A stretch of DNA of 64,000 bases, taken from the NCBI RefSeq assembly GCF_006345805.1, contig NC_043002.1, forward strand, positions 49,662,001-49,726,000, given 5' to 3'. Under the pieces are notes generated by a model that ran no database searches, was not told where the DNA came from, and was given only the letters and a program-made list of their open reading frames with translations. This DNA is from Octopus sinensis (taxonomy: Eukaryota). Of this stretch, positions 62,859 through 64,000 are shown in pieces (position 1 is the first letter of the stretch; each line of letters starts with the position of its first letter). The translations under genes and the position numbers were made by a program.

Positions 62859-63435
62859 TACATATAGATACAGAGAGTGGGAAAGAAAGAGATGCATACA
62901 TAAATGAATGTATGCATTTGAGTGTACGAAACTGAAATACAATTCTCGATACAGATGTAGCTTATTTGAACTAATTCTCTCGCTACTCAAAGTTACTCGC
63001 ACACGCTAATAAGCGATCGTTCGAACAACAATGAGCTGAATGAACAGGTTGCAATTCGTAGCATAGCCAGTATACTTTTCAGTTTTCATTCATCAACTTT
63101 GGCTATATGATGAGTTTGGAGATTATAGGAAGTAATTTAGCAGGGGGAGAAGGAAACAGTAATGAAGATGAGTAGTTGAGAGAGAAGACGACACGGCTTG
63201 AGAAGAGGTAGGAGCAAATGGTAGGTCAATATGTATAATATATAGAGAGAGGAAGTGACGAAAAAGCATAGAGAGAGAAAAGACATGGGGAGATGCCGTA
63301 CTAGTTAGATAGGGGGTGGGTGGAGATTTGAAAGTGAAAATATGTTACAGTAAGTGTAAAGGGAGAGCGAGGGTATGAATGTTGAGCCTTGTTGTGTGGA
63401 GTATAGACTGACACTCACTCAAACAGCAACAGCTG

Positions 63436-63790
63436 TGGAGGCGCAATGGCCCAGTGGTTAGGGCAGCGGACTCGCGGTCGGAAGATCGCGGTTTCGATTC
63501 CCAGACCGGGCGTTGTGTGTGTTTATTGAGCGAAAACACATAAAGTTCCACGAGGCTCTGGCAGGGGGTGGTAGCGACCCCTGTTGTTCTCTTTCGCTAC
63601 AACTTTCTCTTCTCACTCTTTCTTCCTGTTTTTTTGTCCCCGACTTCCTACGCAACCGCTGAGCCTGGATGCGCATTCATCCATCCTTCGATGCTCTCGG
63701 TGTCGGGGGTTGACCTGCTTTCTCTTCTGCGGGTCTTACGAATAACAAAGGACCACGCCTCGGACTTCTCCCAGGCGCTCAACAAACAAG
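63436..63790 (+). mobile_element. SINE family D head with a different 3' body
   Basis: Matches family D to ~63620, then diverges; ends in a CAAA-like tail. Confidence 0.7.
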
Positions 63791-64000
63791 CAAACAGCCA
63801 CAGCTATAAATATTCTGGTTATCAATCAGTTTTCGAAATAACCGAGGAATGCTGGTGGAATCGTTCTAATTGCAAGAAACCCAAAATACTGGATGAGGGA
63901 AATGTCAATAATTTGAATAATAAAGAATCATACACGCACCGCACTTAGGTATTGAGTACTCGTTCTTATGTTACGTCATAACTAATGTAACGTTTGTGCG

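Overview
AT-rich, very repeat-dense eukaryotic DNA, intergenic or intronic. I recognise no host protein-coding gene; nearly all ORF-track entries are translations of microsatellites or interspersed repeats. The tRNA-derived SINE types and microsatellite load suggest a coleoid cephalopod (probably Octopus), which is inference from recall, not a database result. Contents: at least four tRNA-headed SINE families, several MITEs with intact TIRs/TSDs (hAT-, piggyBac-, Tc1/mariner/pogo-like), remnants of a Tc1/mariner transposase, a Helitron helicase and an RTE LINE, and a ~1.2-kb tandem duplication. The most notable element is at 59908-62376: about 4.6 tandem copies of a ~530-bp unit, each carrying a type I hammerhead ribozyme (CUGACGA core, GAAA, GUC cleavage triplet, palindromic stem III, unusually long stem II). 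This is the architecture of a non-LTR retrozyme / ribozyme satellite predicted to give ~530-nt monomeric, possibly circular, RNA. The window also holds other short hammerhead(-variant) repeats of Penelope-like type, long fold-back insertions in (TA)n, and a SINE that appears to integrate as head-to-tail multimers.
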